Below the pieces are notes generated by a model that worked only from the letters and a program-made list of their open reading frames with translations, had not been told where the DNA came from and did no database searches. From a virus (taxonomy: Duplodnaviria > Caudoviricetes), in IMG/VR virus record IMGVR_UViG_3300032245_000439, positions 1-58,353 of that record: a stretch of DNA of 58,353 nt. One strand, given 5' to 3'. Below are positions 43,757 through 52,779 of the stretch, in pieces; the stretch's first letter is position 1, and every line of letters begins with the position of its first letter. The position numbers and the translations under genes are program-made.

Positions 43757-46700
43757 TCAGATGTGCTTGTTGGCGATCTCAAGAGCGTGGGCGACACTGT
43801 CGTCGCTTTCGTTCAAGAGAGGCTCAGTGACTTGTGTGACCTGCTTTTTGGCAGCCTTTGAGAGCGCCATCAAGTTGACTGCGCCGCCTGTGGCGCGGCC
43901 AGAACGATTGCCGGGTCCACGGATTGTGAGCGGCGGCGCTTCTTCCTGCTGATAGGGCTGCTTCGCGCCCGTGATGAGCGTGTTGGCAATTGCCTCAGAC
44001 GTGCTGCGCATCGAATTTGGGCCTGCCTTTGTAGGCGCAGCCATCAGAAGCTTGCGGGCAAGTTCAGGGTTCAGCAGCGCCTCAGTGATGAGGTCATCGA
44101 CCTTCTGCATGCCAGCCGCACGCATGCCACCAACAATCTCAGCGCCAACGATAGTTGTGAAGGCTGCCAAGCCAGCAAGAGGACCGCCAGCAGCACCGAC
44201 GCCTGCACCGCCAACGATTGGAGCTGTAACTGCGCCCACGCCCCTGACCATACTGTCCCAAAGAGACTTGCCCTTTGCCAGCATCGGCGCAGTGTCCTGA
44301 GCCGTTGTAGGGCGGCCGGGCAATGCGCTGCCAGTCGTCGAGCGTGCGCTGCGGTTCAAGTCATCGGCCAGCGCCTGCATGGCATTGACCTGATCTTTGT
44401 CGAGCACCTGCTCCAGCGTGCGGCGATTGTCGCGCACGAACTTCTGGAAGCTCGCCGAATTGATAAGGTTTGCCTCAGACGTGCCAGCCTCAGCGGTCGA
44501 GATGAAACGCTGGCGGATGTAGTCGGCCACAGCGCGCTGGAGACCAGCCGACGCATCAGGGCTTGCCGCCGCCGCGTCTGCAAGGTTGCGCATGGTCTCG
44601 GCCGCATTCTTTTGGCCGAAGATGCTGCCCACTACCTGAGAAACAGTCTCGGCGTCTTTAGCACCCATGACCTTGCTGATTTCAGTCTTTTGGGCGTTCT
44701 CGATCGTTGCGCGCGAACGTGCCGCAATTTCCATTGCAGCATCAGAAACTTTCACTGTTGAGGAGAGCTTGTCCGCGACGTCAGGAAAAGCGCGCAGCGC
44801 ACTTTCGTGCTTGTTCATCCAAGCGTCAAACTTCTTGGGGTCAACAAGTCCAGTTTTCGGATCTTTGCTTTCACTAAACGCGCGAGAAACAATGTAGTCG
44901 TTCATTGTTTCCGTGGCGCGCTTGTCATTAGCTACAGCCTTTATGAAACCTTGTGCCGTCTCAAAGCCTGTGTCGCCAGCGCGAAAGAACTTAGGCCCGA
45001 CCTGAGCGTCAAAATTGAGCTTGTATTGGCCCCTTCCCTGACCGGGGCGCAAAGCTTCGCCGACCGGACCCTGACGGAACGTCTCAACATATTCCTTGTT
45101 GGCTGTCTTTGCCCTCTCAAGGTCTCTGATCGCTTTAGGCGTCAGGTTCGGCTCAAGTGTCTGAGGTGCCGTTTCGCCGCCCAAGCGCCAGAGGTCGCGC
45201 ACTCGTGCCTCAAGCGTGTCTTCAACAGCCATCTTGCCAGCACGAACAGCATCAGCCTCATACTTCGCCTGATTTTCAACGGCGTCGTCGATCGCATTAA
45301 CCACGCTATTTTTCATTTGCGTAAGTTGGCGATAGGTATTTGTTTCGCCATTCGTGCGAAGCTCTGCGCGCAAGGCGTCGCTAATGCGTGTGTCGAGCGC
45401 ACGCAAGCTTGCAAATGGAATGACGTCAGAAATGCCCTGAGCGGCAGTTACGATCGCGGCCAATTCACCTTCGAGCGGCTTTGCCAGATCAGTACCAGCT
45501 TCTGCCGCAATGCGGTCAGCCGCGTCGCGCACGTCGCGAGAAACGACGTTAAGCTTTCCTTCGGGGTCAATCGACGCATAAAGTTCACGACGCTCTTGAT
45601 TGGCGACATCTTTCGCCTCCTGTGTAAATTGACGGAGAAGACGGCCATACTCTTCAGGAGTTCCTTCGCCGCCCATCTGCTCAATCGCTTGAAGGGCACG
45701 ACTTTCTGCGCGCTGCACGGTAGCAGCCTCACGCATCTCAAGTGCATTGAGTTGAGCGCGCAGAATTTTGGGAACTTCTAAAGGAGATCCTTCTGGAGCA
45801 ACGCCTTCAAGCGTCTCCTGACGTGCAGCGGCCTGCTCGCCGCGACGCTCAAGGAACTTGGCCGGATCTTGTGTTTCAGCCTGACGCTGCATCTGTCCCA
45901 TGCCGACGTCACCCGTCAGCTCAAATGTCGTAGGCTTAGAACCGGAAATCAGTTCCTGTTGTTCATTTTCAATGATGTCTAAGGCACGGTTGCGGCTTCC
46001 GGTGCCTTCTGCAAACTTGCGTGCGGCAGCCTTCTCAGGGTTCCAGATTGGCTGGAGGTAATCAAAGGCGGCACTGCCAGCCTTGGGGAGCATCTTCGCA
46101 CCCTCGACGCCAAACTGCGTCAGGCCTGCGCCGCCAATACCGCCAACCATGCCAGCAATCGGCTTCCAAGCGTCCGGCACATTCTCCATCGCGAACTCAG
46201 CGCCAGCACCACCGCCAAGATTGGCAAGGACGTTTTCTGCGGTAGCTGCTTTAGAACCGGGCCTGCGAGCACCAAAGATCTTTTCAGCAGTCTCGCCAAA
46301 AGTAATGCCAGACGGCGGAGCTTTGGGCAGCGCACTAGCCGCACGCATGCCCGCAGCTTCAACACCAACCTGCGGCACGACTGCATAAGCCACGCCCTCA
46401 CCGCCAGCGCGCAGCATGCGCTCAGCTACGTTCTTTGCAGGAAACTTTTCGGGGGTGACGCCAACGTCGGCCATGCGCTCTGAAACATAGTCAGAGCCAA
46501 GAAATGGTTTTTCAGCAGTTGGAATACCAACCTTTTTCATGCTCCAATTCACAAGATCAACGGGCGCACCAATTACATTGGCGAGACCCACGTTGAAGCC
46601 GTGAAATGGCTGCATCAACGTACCAGCTACTGTCGGCGAAGATTTAGGTTCGCCATATGCAGACAGTACATCAATCGGCACGTTTGTAGCATCGCCAGAT

Positions 46701-46786
46701 GGCGCAGGTACGTCACTCGTGTCAGCAGGTGCAGTCTCTTGAGAGCTGCTGCCACCAAAAAGAAGATCGATTGTCCTTTGATCCAT
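43757..46786 (-). CDS. Large internal virion/ejection protein
   Basis: 1009 aa, helical, with glycine-rich hydrophobic segments; last of the internal-protein cluster; C-terminal RSGRATGG motif; start at ATG 46786. Confidence 0.75.
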   Translation of the reverse strand: MDQRTIDLLFGGSSSQETAPADTSDVPAPSGDATNVPIDVLSAYGEPKSSPTVAGTLMQPFHGFNVGLANVIGAPVDLVNWSMKKVGIPTAEKPFLGSDYVSERMADVGVTPEKFPAKNVAERMLRAGGEGVAYAVVPQVGVEAAGMRAASALPKAPPSGITFGETAEKIFGARRPGSKAATAENVLANLGGGAGAEFAMENVPDAWKPIAGMVGGIGGAGLTQFGVEGAKMLPKAGSAAFDYLQPIWNPEKAAARKFAEGTGSRNRALDIIENEQQELISGSKPTTFELTGDVGMGQMQRQAETQDPAKFLERRGEQAAARQETLEGVAPEGSPLEVPKILRAQLNALEMREAATVQRAESRALQAIEQMGGEGTPEEYGRLLRQFTQEAKDVANQERRELYASIDPEGKLNVVSRDVRDAADRIAAEAGTDLAKPLEGELAAIVTAAQGISDVIPFASLRALDTRISDALRAELRTNGETNTYRQLTQMKNSVVNAIDDAVENQAKYEADAVRAGKMAVEDTLEARVRDLWRLGGETAPQTLEPNLTPKAIRDLERAKTANKEYVETFRQGPVGEALRPGQGRGQYKLNFDAQVGPKFFRAGDTGFETAQGFIKAVANDKRATETMNDYIVSRAFSESKDPKTGLVDPKKFDAWMNKHESALRAFPDVADKLSSTVKVSDAAMEIAARSRATIENAQKTEISKVMGAKDAETVSQVVGSIFGQKNAAETMRNLADAAAASPDASAGLQRAVADYIRQRFISTAEAGTSEANLINSASFQKFVRDNRRTLEQVLDKDQVNAMQALADDLNRSARSTTGSALPGRPTTAQDTAPMLAKGKSLWDSMVRGVGAVTAPIVGGAGVGAAGGPLAGLAAFTTIVGAEIVGGMRAAGMQKVDDLITEALLNPELARKLLMAAPTKAGPNSMRSTSEAIANTLITGAKQPYQQEEAPPLTIRGPGNRSGRATGGAVNLMALSKAAKKQVTQVTEPLLNESDDSVAHALEIANKHI

Positions 46787-46787
46787 T

Positions 46788-49700
46788 TTACTGGCCCATA
46801 GCTGGTGTTGAGAACAGCGTCTTCGGATCAACCCGCGTGATTGTTTGCTTCGCTTCAGGGCCATTATACATGAAAGGATCGCCCGGCTTCAGCCCCATGC
46901 GAGCAAAACCTTCGGCCTGACTGATGCCAGTGCGCTCGTCTTTCTTTGTGCTGAGATTTTTCGGCACAACGTAAATAGTTCCCGGCGTCCACTTGTTGGC
47001 TGGCGGCAAGTCCATGCCACGGAAGTTGCCCATCTGGCGGTCTGCGGCTTCTTCAAACTTGGCGATCGGGTTTGCCTTTGACCACGCCGCGTAATAGGCC
47101 GACGGGCTGCGCCAACCTTCTTCTTGAGAAGCGCGCTGCCACGCCAGAGCAAAAGCTTCGGTGCGGTTAAGATAAGCAAGACCAGACTTGATCATCTTGA
47201 AGTTAACTTCTGGGAGCTTGTTAGGCTCAGGGACACCCTTATCATTAACAACGGTGAACTCAGCCTGTGCGAAGCGTGGGTTGGCTGCCTTGAGCGTTTG
47301 CAGCACAAGGTCAGGCGCAATCTTTTCAGCCTGTTGAACTGCCGCAGGGTCGCCAGATGCAACTTTCTGAGCCAATTCGGTGTAGCCAAAGCTCTGCATA
47401 ATAGCACCAAGGCCAGCAAGCTTGCCCTCTCCGCTGCCGCTTTCAAACATTTTGAAAGCATTGATAAGGCTGTGGTAGTGCTCGCGAGCTTGAGTGACCC
47501 CGTAACCCTTTGTCCTAAAATCTTCCAAGAACTTAGCGTCATCTTCGGCTTGGTTTTTAGCAAGGCTGCTACCTTCTGACACTTTTGTGCCGGGTGGGTA
47601 ATTGCCGGGCTGAATAATACCGCCGCCAGCGGGCGCAGCAGGACGAGCAAGGACGAGCTGACCAGTTTTTGGATCAACTGTCGCAACTTTTGGCGCAGCT
47701 TCTTGATCAGGCGTCATTTTAGGTACAGATGCCGGAGGCATCTTTACGCCGGGCGGCAAAAGAACCTTTTCGCCAGTCGGACCAATTTCAGGAGCAAATT
47801 CGCGCTCAACATTTTTTGCTGTGCGAGATTTCGCTTCCTCAACCTGAATAGAGATCGCATTTTCAATTTCAGTATTTGCATCTACGCGCTTTTGCGCGGC
47901 TTCAGCTCGCCTATCTTTCGCAAGATCTGCAAACTTCTTAGAAGATGCCTCAAGGCGGGAGCGCTCTTCAGGCCCCTTTGTCAGGCCAGACCTGCGAGCT
48001 TCTTCTTGCGACTGGCGCAAGTAATCTTTTGCTTCGCCTTCAAGACGAGCGGCCTCAGCTTCAAGGGACATAGGGCGGCGCTCTTCAGGAAGGTAATCAA
48101 ACAGTGTTGGATTAGCGCGAGCAGCCTTGATCAGTTCAGCCTTTGTCGGAATGCGAGCGCCATCAGCTTCGGCAGGGGCTGCCGGAGGTGTGACGACGTC
48201 TTCTTTCTTTTCAGCAACAGTCGGCGCAACAGGAGGTGTTACCGTCTGTGCGGGGCGAGGCTCAATCTTTGGAGCCGTGTCAGTGATCACTTTTTTGGCC
48301 GTGTCGATGACGTCAGCGTCAGGCTTCACGACTGGCGCAGCAGATGTAGCCGCAGCCGCAGGTGCGGGTAATGCCTTCGCAGCAGTTGTGCCGGGAGCAA
48401 TAAACTGGCTTTGACGGCGGCCCATTTCGGCCTCGTCTACCCAATCACCTTGGATTGTGTCTTGATACATATCCTTGCCGTCAATGAATGACGGACCTTT
48501 GAAACGGCCCTTCGACAGCTCAAGGCGCTTGGCAAGCTGCTCGGCAGCCATCTTCTGCATGTTAGTGTAAGCGCCAGTGCCGCCGACAAGGCCCTCGCCG
48601 ATCGCACCGAAAAGCGTCGGGTTGCGCGAGGCAAGCATCGACCCGAGGCCAGCAATTGCCGGAACCCAGAAGGTCTCGTCTTTGCTCTTCAGCGTGTCGC
48701 CAACACCAGTTGCGACCTTGCCAAGACCGCCAGCGACAGAGCTGGCCGCGTCGCCAACCGACGACAGGAATGATGGATCCTCTTTCTTTTCTTCGGGCAT
48801 AACACGCTCGCCGTCAGCGTGATGCTGACGCACAGCGTCGTTTGTCGCCTTCTTGTAGTCAACCATCTTCACGCCACCGAGGCCCTTCACGGCCTCTGGG
48901 TGATCACGCTCGACGTCCTGAGCGATGAGGCCCATGCGGGTCTTATCGTCGCCCTTGTACTTAAAGCGGTAGACGGGCTGGCCGTCGTTGAGCTTACCAA
49001 TCTGCTCGATGTCAGTTTTGGCGCGCTCATCTGAAAGACCAATGAATGGCAGAACAGCCATGATGCCTTCGCCGATCGTGCCAGCGGCAGTGCCAAGCGT
49101 GCCAAGCAGACTTGCGCCTTCAGCAGCACCAGCAGCACCAGCAAGACCAGCCTCAGCGGCACCAGTCGCGGCCGCAGCACCTTCGCCACCAAGTGATCCA
49201 AGCATCTTGGAGCCAAAGTCGAATGCATTCTTGCCAGCCTTCGCAAGGCCAAGGGCCTGAGACGCCTGCTGAGCGCCAGACGGACCCTGCTGAGGCTGCG
49301 CCAGTTTACCCGGCTGCATTACCTCATGTTTTTCAAGCGGGGCCGAAAGGGTATTGCCAAGCGTGTTGTTCTCATCTTCAGGGTTGCCGTATGGGCTTGC
49401 GCCCGCATTTACATAGCCCTGCGTATTGTGGTGCTGACGAACGATCAGACCGCCACGGGCGGCAAAATCAGTTGCGAACATGGACGGGTCAAAAGCCTTC
49501 ATGGCTTCAGGGTCAATCGCTTCGTTCGCGCCGACGTTAATGTTCGGGCCGGGGACAAGACCTTTAGGTTCCGGCGCAGGGGCCGGAGCAGGCGCGGCAG
49601 CGGATGTCTGAGCAGGCTTGGTGTAGCCTGTCGAGCTGGCAGCTTTTGGGGTAGTTTCTTTTGTTGTTGTAGTTTCGGCGGGCTTCTTCCAAGCCTGATA

Positions 49701-51350
49701 AAGCTCGTTGCCCTTGGATGTCAGGTTGGCAATCTGGTTTGCCTGCTCAATGCCGTTCTTTTGCTGCGGAAAGCGCAGCTCGGCAGCCTTCAGCATTTGA
49801 ACCTGAGCAGGCGTCAAAGCAGCGCCATACGGGCCACCAGAGCCAAGACCAGCCTGACCACCCTTCGGCCCATAATAGGCAAGGGCAGGGTTCACATAGC
49901 CAGCCTCAGCATAGCCACCACGAGCAAATGCACCGGGGCCAGACACGAGGCCGCCCTGTGACGAGCTGTCGTAATTCTTCAAGAAGTCGTCAAGCGCCTT
50001 CGTCTTGTAATCAAAATACTCTTGGCCCGACTGAGACTGGCCCATGTCGGCACCGCGAAGCGAAGCCAGCTCAGCCTGAGCGCCTTCCTTAGACCCGAGC
50101 GAGTAGCCCGTAGCCTTAGGAGCAAGAAGGCCCTGAGCGGCCGGATTGATTGCGCCAGCCTGAATAGGCAAGCCACCGCCGCCAATCATCTGCGGAAGTT
50201 GAATAGCTCCCAACCCAGCCACCTGCGGGCTGAGCATCGCGCTCGGGGCGTTGATGTTGTAGGCGTCCATGCCGACTTCAGGACCGCCAGCAGCCTTGTG
50301 ATCACGCACGGCATCATTGGTCGCGTCGCGGTAATCAACCGTCAGGTAGCCGTCGCGCTTGCCAACGGCGTCAGGGTGATCCTGCGCAACTTCCTGCGCG
50401 AGCAGGCCGATCTGCGTGCGGGGGTCGCCCTTGTAGTTGTAGCGGTAGATATTCTGTCCGTCGTTCGTCTTGCCGACTTTCTGAATGTTTTCCTTCAGAC
50501 GCTCGTCCGAGAAGAAGCCGCCACCGCCCGTTTGCGTGCCAGATGTCGTGTTGCCAGACAAAGCACCCGTGCCCGTCGCAATGTTCGAGAGGAACTGCGT
50601 GAGCTGGAACGGATATGCCTGCTGCTGCTGGAACTGATTGTAGAGAGCCTGCAAGCCAGCCTGCTGCGTCTGCTGTTCTGTCTGACCAGCGGCAAGCTGG
50701 GCCTGAGCACCAGCAAGGCCAGCCTGCTGAGCGCCCGTGCCGAGCTGACCAAATTGACCACCAGCCTGCAACGCACGATTGGCATTTGCCTGCTGTGCGG
50801 CAAGGCCGACGCCCTGCTGCTGCTGTGCGGCCGCGAGGCTGTCAGCAAATCCCTTTTGGAAGATTGGGGCCATAGCCTGAGCCGTGGCAAGATCCTGCTG
50901 GCGAGCGAGATTTGCTGCAACAATCCCTGAGCGATCGCCACCAAAGGAGCGAGCCGTCTGAGGATTGACGAGGCTCGAACGCTCGATGCCCTGCTGCTGT
51001 TGCAATGCACGAAGCGTCGTGTCAGCAACGCTCTGCGTGTAGGGATTATAGAATTGGCCCACATTTAAGGCCTCTGGATTGACACTCTGAGCGCCAGCGG
51101 CGGTCAGGCCAGCACCAGCCTGATAGAAGGGCTGTGCAGCTCCAGCCATGTAGTTGGTGTTTTGAATGCCAGCCTGCTGCGTAGCCGTAAGGGGAGCAAC
51201 AAAGGCATTTGGGTCGTTGCTGTAGGCCTGATAGGGCTGTTGGGCGACCTTCTCAGCACGCGCGTTGACGGCATTGTATCGCGCCAAGACCTCTGGCGGG
51301 ATTTCCATCTTCTGCGTGGTTTGTGTTGAGCCCTTGCCGCCGCCACCCAT
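46788..51350 (-). CDS. Internal virion/ejection protein with two internal S74-like autocleavage modules
   Basis: 1520 aa; MGGGGKGSTQTTQ start and Q/A-rich region typical of podovirus pilot proteins; FSDERLKENI...GLLAQEV...VDY and LSDERAKTDI...GLIAQDV...VDY. Confidence 0.82.
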   Translation of the reverse strand: MGGGGKGSTQTTQKMEIPPEVLARYNAVNARAEKVAQQPYQAYSNDPNAFVAPLTATQQAGIQNTNYMAGAAQPFYQAGAGLTAAGAQSVNPEALNVGQFYNPYTQSVADTTLRALQQQQGIERSSLVNPQTARSFGGDRSGIVAANLARQQDLATAQAMAPIFQKGFADSLAAAQQQQGVGLAAQQANANRALQAGGQFGQLGTGAQQAGLAGAQAQLAAGQTEQQTQQAGLQALYNQFQQQQAYPFQLTQFLSNIATGTGALSGNTTSGTQTGGGGFFSDERLKENIQKVGKTNDGQNIYRYNYKGDPRTQIGLLAQEVAQDHPDAVGKRDGYLTVDYRDATNDAVRDHKAAGGPEVGMDAYNINAPSAMLSPQVAGLGAIQLPQMIGGGGLPIQAGAINPAAQGLLAPKATGYSLGSKEGAQAELASLRGADMGQSQSGQEYFDYKTKALDDFLKNYDSSSQGGLVSGPGAFARGGYAEAGYVNPALAYYGPKGGQAGLGSGGPYGAALTPAQVQMLKAAELRFPQQKNGIEQANQIANLTSKGNELYQAWKKPAETTTTKETTPKAASSTGYTKPAQTSAAAPAPAPAPEPKGLVPGPNINVGANEAIDPEAMKAFDPSMFATDFAARGGLIVRQHHNTQGYVNAGASPYGNPEDENNTLGNTLSAPLEKHEVMQPGKLAQPQQGPSGAQQASQALGLAKAGKNAFDFGSKMLGSLGGEGAAAATGAAEAGLAGAAGAAEGASLLGTLGTAAGTIGEGIMAVLPFIGLSDERAKTDIEQIGKLNDGQPVYRFKYKGDDKTRMGLIAQDVERDHPEAVKGLGGVKMVDYKKATNDAVRQHHADGERVMPEEKKEDPSFLSSVGDAASSVAGGLGKVATGVGDTLKSKDETFWVPAIAGLGSMLASRNPTLFGAIGEGLVGGTGAYTNMQKMAAEQLAKRLELSKGRFKGPSFIDGKDMYQDTIQGDWVDEAEMGRRQSQFIAPGTTAAKALPAPAAAATSAAPVVKPDADVIDTAKKVITDTAPKIEPRPAQTVTPPVAPTVAEKKEDVVTPPAAPAEADGARIPTKAELIKAARANPTLFDYLPEERRPMSLEAEAARLEGEAKDYLRQSQEEARRSGLTKGPEERSRLEASSKKFADLAKDRRAEAAQKRVDANTEIENAISIQVEEAKSRTAKNVEREFAPEIGPTGEKVLLPPGVKMPPASVPKMTPDQEAAPKVATVDPKTGQLVLARPAAPAGGGIIQPGNYPPGTKVSEGSSLAKNQAEDDAKFLEDFRTKGYGVTQAREHYHSLINAFKMFESGSGEGKLAGLGAIMQSFGYTELAQKVASGDPAAVQQAEKIAPDLVLQTLKAANPRFAQAEFTVVNDKGVPEPNKLPEVNFKMIKSGLAYLNRTEAFALAWQRASQEEGWRSPSAYYAAWSKANPIAKFEEAADRQMGNFRGMDLPPANKWTPGTIYVVPKNLSTKKDERTGISQAEGFARMGLKPGDPFMYNGPEAKQTITRVDPKTLFSTPAMGQ

Positions 51351-51364
51351 AGCCTTACCTCAAT

Positions 51365-51856
51365 TTATTCGGCAGCTTGTTTCCAAGTGCCTGTGCGGGT
51401 TCCGTAAAGGAAATAAGCCCCTGACGGCTTGCCAAAAATGCGCTCATACATGCGGACTTTCCCTTCCGTCCGGTCGGACGAAAGAACTCCAATTGAGAGC
51501 GGCATTCCAAGCTCATCAGCAACCTTCTTGCTAAAATCACACAACTTGCGAGCACGGCCACCCTTCGCTGAACGGAAGTCAGGGTGAATGAAGACGGCAC
51601 GCTCCTCAAGTATCTCTTGGTCACTATACCAGATGTTGCCAATCCTCAAAAGGATAGCGCCCTGCGGTTTCTCTCCCGGCACTCCAACAAAGCCAATGAT
51701 GCCCTTTTCGCGGTTGAGGGCGGGCCAAATTTCAGCAAGCAGGCGAACCGGGTTCGGCTCAACAAAACCATTTTCGTCGCAGGCCAGCATCGCAAGTTCC
51801 ATGATGTCATGGACGTCATCTGGAGTTCCGACCCACACTTTCAGTTCTGGCTGCAT
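51365..51856 (-). CDS. GNAT-fold acetyltransferase-like virion assembly protein
   Basis: WYSD..LEE..VFIHPDFRS..GGRARKL...K..MYER; positioned before the ejection proteins; start at ATG 51856. Confidence 0.7.
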   Translation of the reverse strand: MQPELKVWVGTPDDVHDIMELAMLACDENGFVEPNPVRLLAEIWPALNREKGIIGFVGVPGEKPQGAILLRIGNIWYSDQEILEERAVFIHPDFRSAKGGRARKLCDFSKKVADELGMPLSIGVLSSDRTEGKVRMYERIFGKPSGAYFLYGTRTGTWKQAAE

Positions 51857-51867
51857 GTTAAGACCCC

Positions 51868-52419
51868 TCAGTCTTTCTTTGGCCCCGGAAGTTTTTGGAG
51901 CGTCTTGATAAGCTCGGCGCGTGTGGCTTTGACCCACTTGTCGAGTTCGCGATGACCAGCGTCGAGATCACCGCCGCCAGCCCAAATCACCTCTTCAGGA
52001 GACAGCACATATTCGCCACCTGCCGCAACGATCGGCACGGGATTACCCACATGGCCGCCCGTCGCGAGCGCGTTGTAGGGAGCCTTTTTGAACATCAGCT
52101 TGACGGCGCGGAAGCCTGCCATCGTGTTGCCTTCGCCAAGCGACGAGACAATGTCTGCGGGCAGCACATAAGACCCCGACGGCACATGCATCGGAAGGTG
52201 ATCTGTGCGACCAGCCACGGGGCTGTGGATCGGGCCGACGTGCAGCTTGTTCACCTGCTGCGGCATGTCCGACTTTTTCAGCATGCCACCCTCGGCCTTA
52301 GCCTTGCGTGCAGTGTCAAGCGCGATCGCGACGGCCTGCTTCTGCGGGCGGCCCGTGCCGACCAGCTCGCTAATGTTGGCGCTGATAGATTTCTGGGAGG
52401 AACCTTTTTTAAGCGGCAT
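51868..52419 (-). CDS. Protein with basic N-terminus and duplicated AxGG...G(S/E)YVL module
   Basis: MPLKKGSSQKSISANI...KAEGG...GRTDHLP..VPSGSYVLPADIV...ATGG...AGGEYVLSPEEV. Confidence 0.75.
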   Translation of the reverse strand: MPLKKGSSQKSISANISELVGTGRPQKQAVAIALDTARKAKAEGGMLKKSDMPQQVNKLHVGPIHSPVAGRTDHLPMHVPSGSYVLPADIVSSLGEGNTMAGFRAVKLMFKKAPYNALATGGHVGNPVPIVAAGGEYVLSPEEVIWAGGGDLDAGHRELDKWVKATRAELIKTLQKLPGPKKD

Positions 52420-52422
52420 GAT

Positions 52423-52779
52423 TTACCCCAGAGAATAGGTGACGTTAATTGACTGACCCGTGCCGGGCTGAATGACAAGGCCGTTCGTGAAAACTTGCCC
52501 GACTGGATAGACGCCCAAAACTTTTTGCGTGGCACACAATTGGTTTGCCGCAGCAGCAGCGCCTGTCGAAGATGCATTATAGACGCCACCCTCAGTGGAT
52601 CCCGCAACAACAACCGAATAATTGACGAGGTATCCACGGCCAGTGATGACTAAAGTTGCCGCAGTTACTGTTGCAGATGTAGCTGACCCCTGACCGCGCA
52701 AAATAGTGTTGCTGTAGTTATTGATCGCAACGACGCCGTTTTTTTGCGTGGTTAGAATGTCATCAAGAGACGCGGCCAT
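52423..52779 (-). CDS. Putative virion protein
   Basis: 118 aa; ASLDDILTTQKNGVVAIN...GLVIQPGTGQ..VTYS. Confidence 0.7.
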   Translation of the reverse strand: MAASLDDILTTQKNGVVAINNYSNTILRGQGSATSATVTAATLVITGRGYLVNYSVVVAGSTEGGVYNASSTGAAAAANQLCATQKVLGVYPVGQVFTNGLVIQPGTGQSINVTYSLG

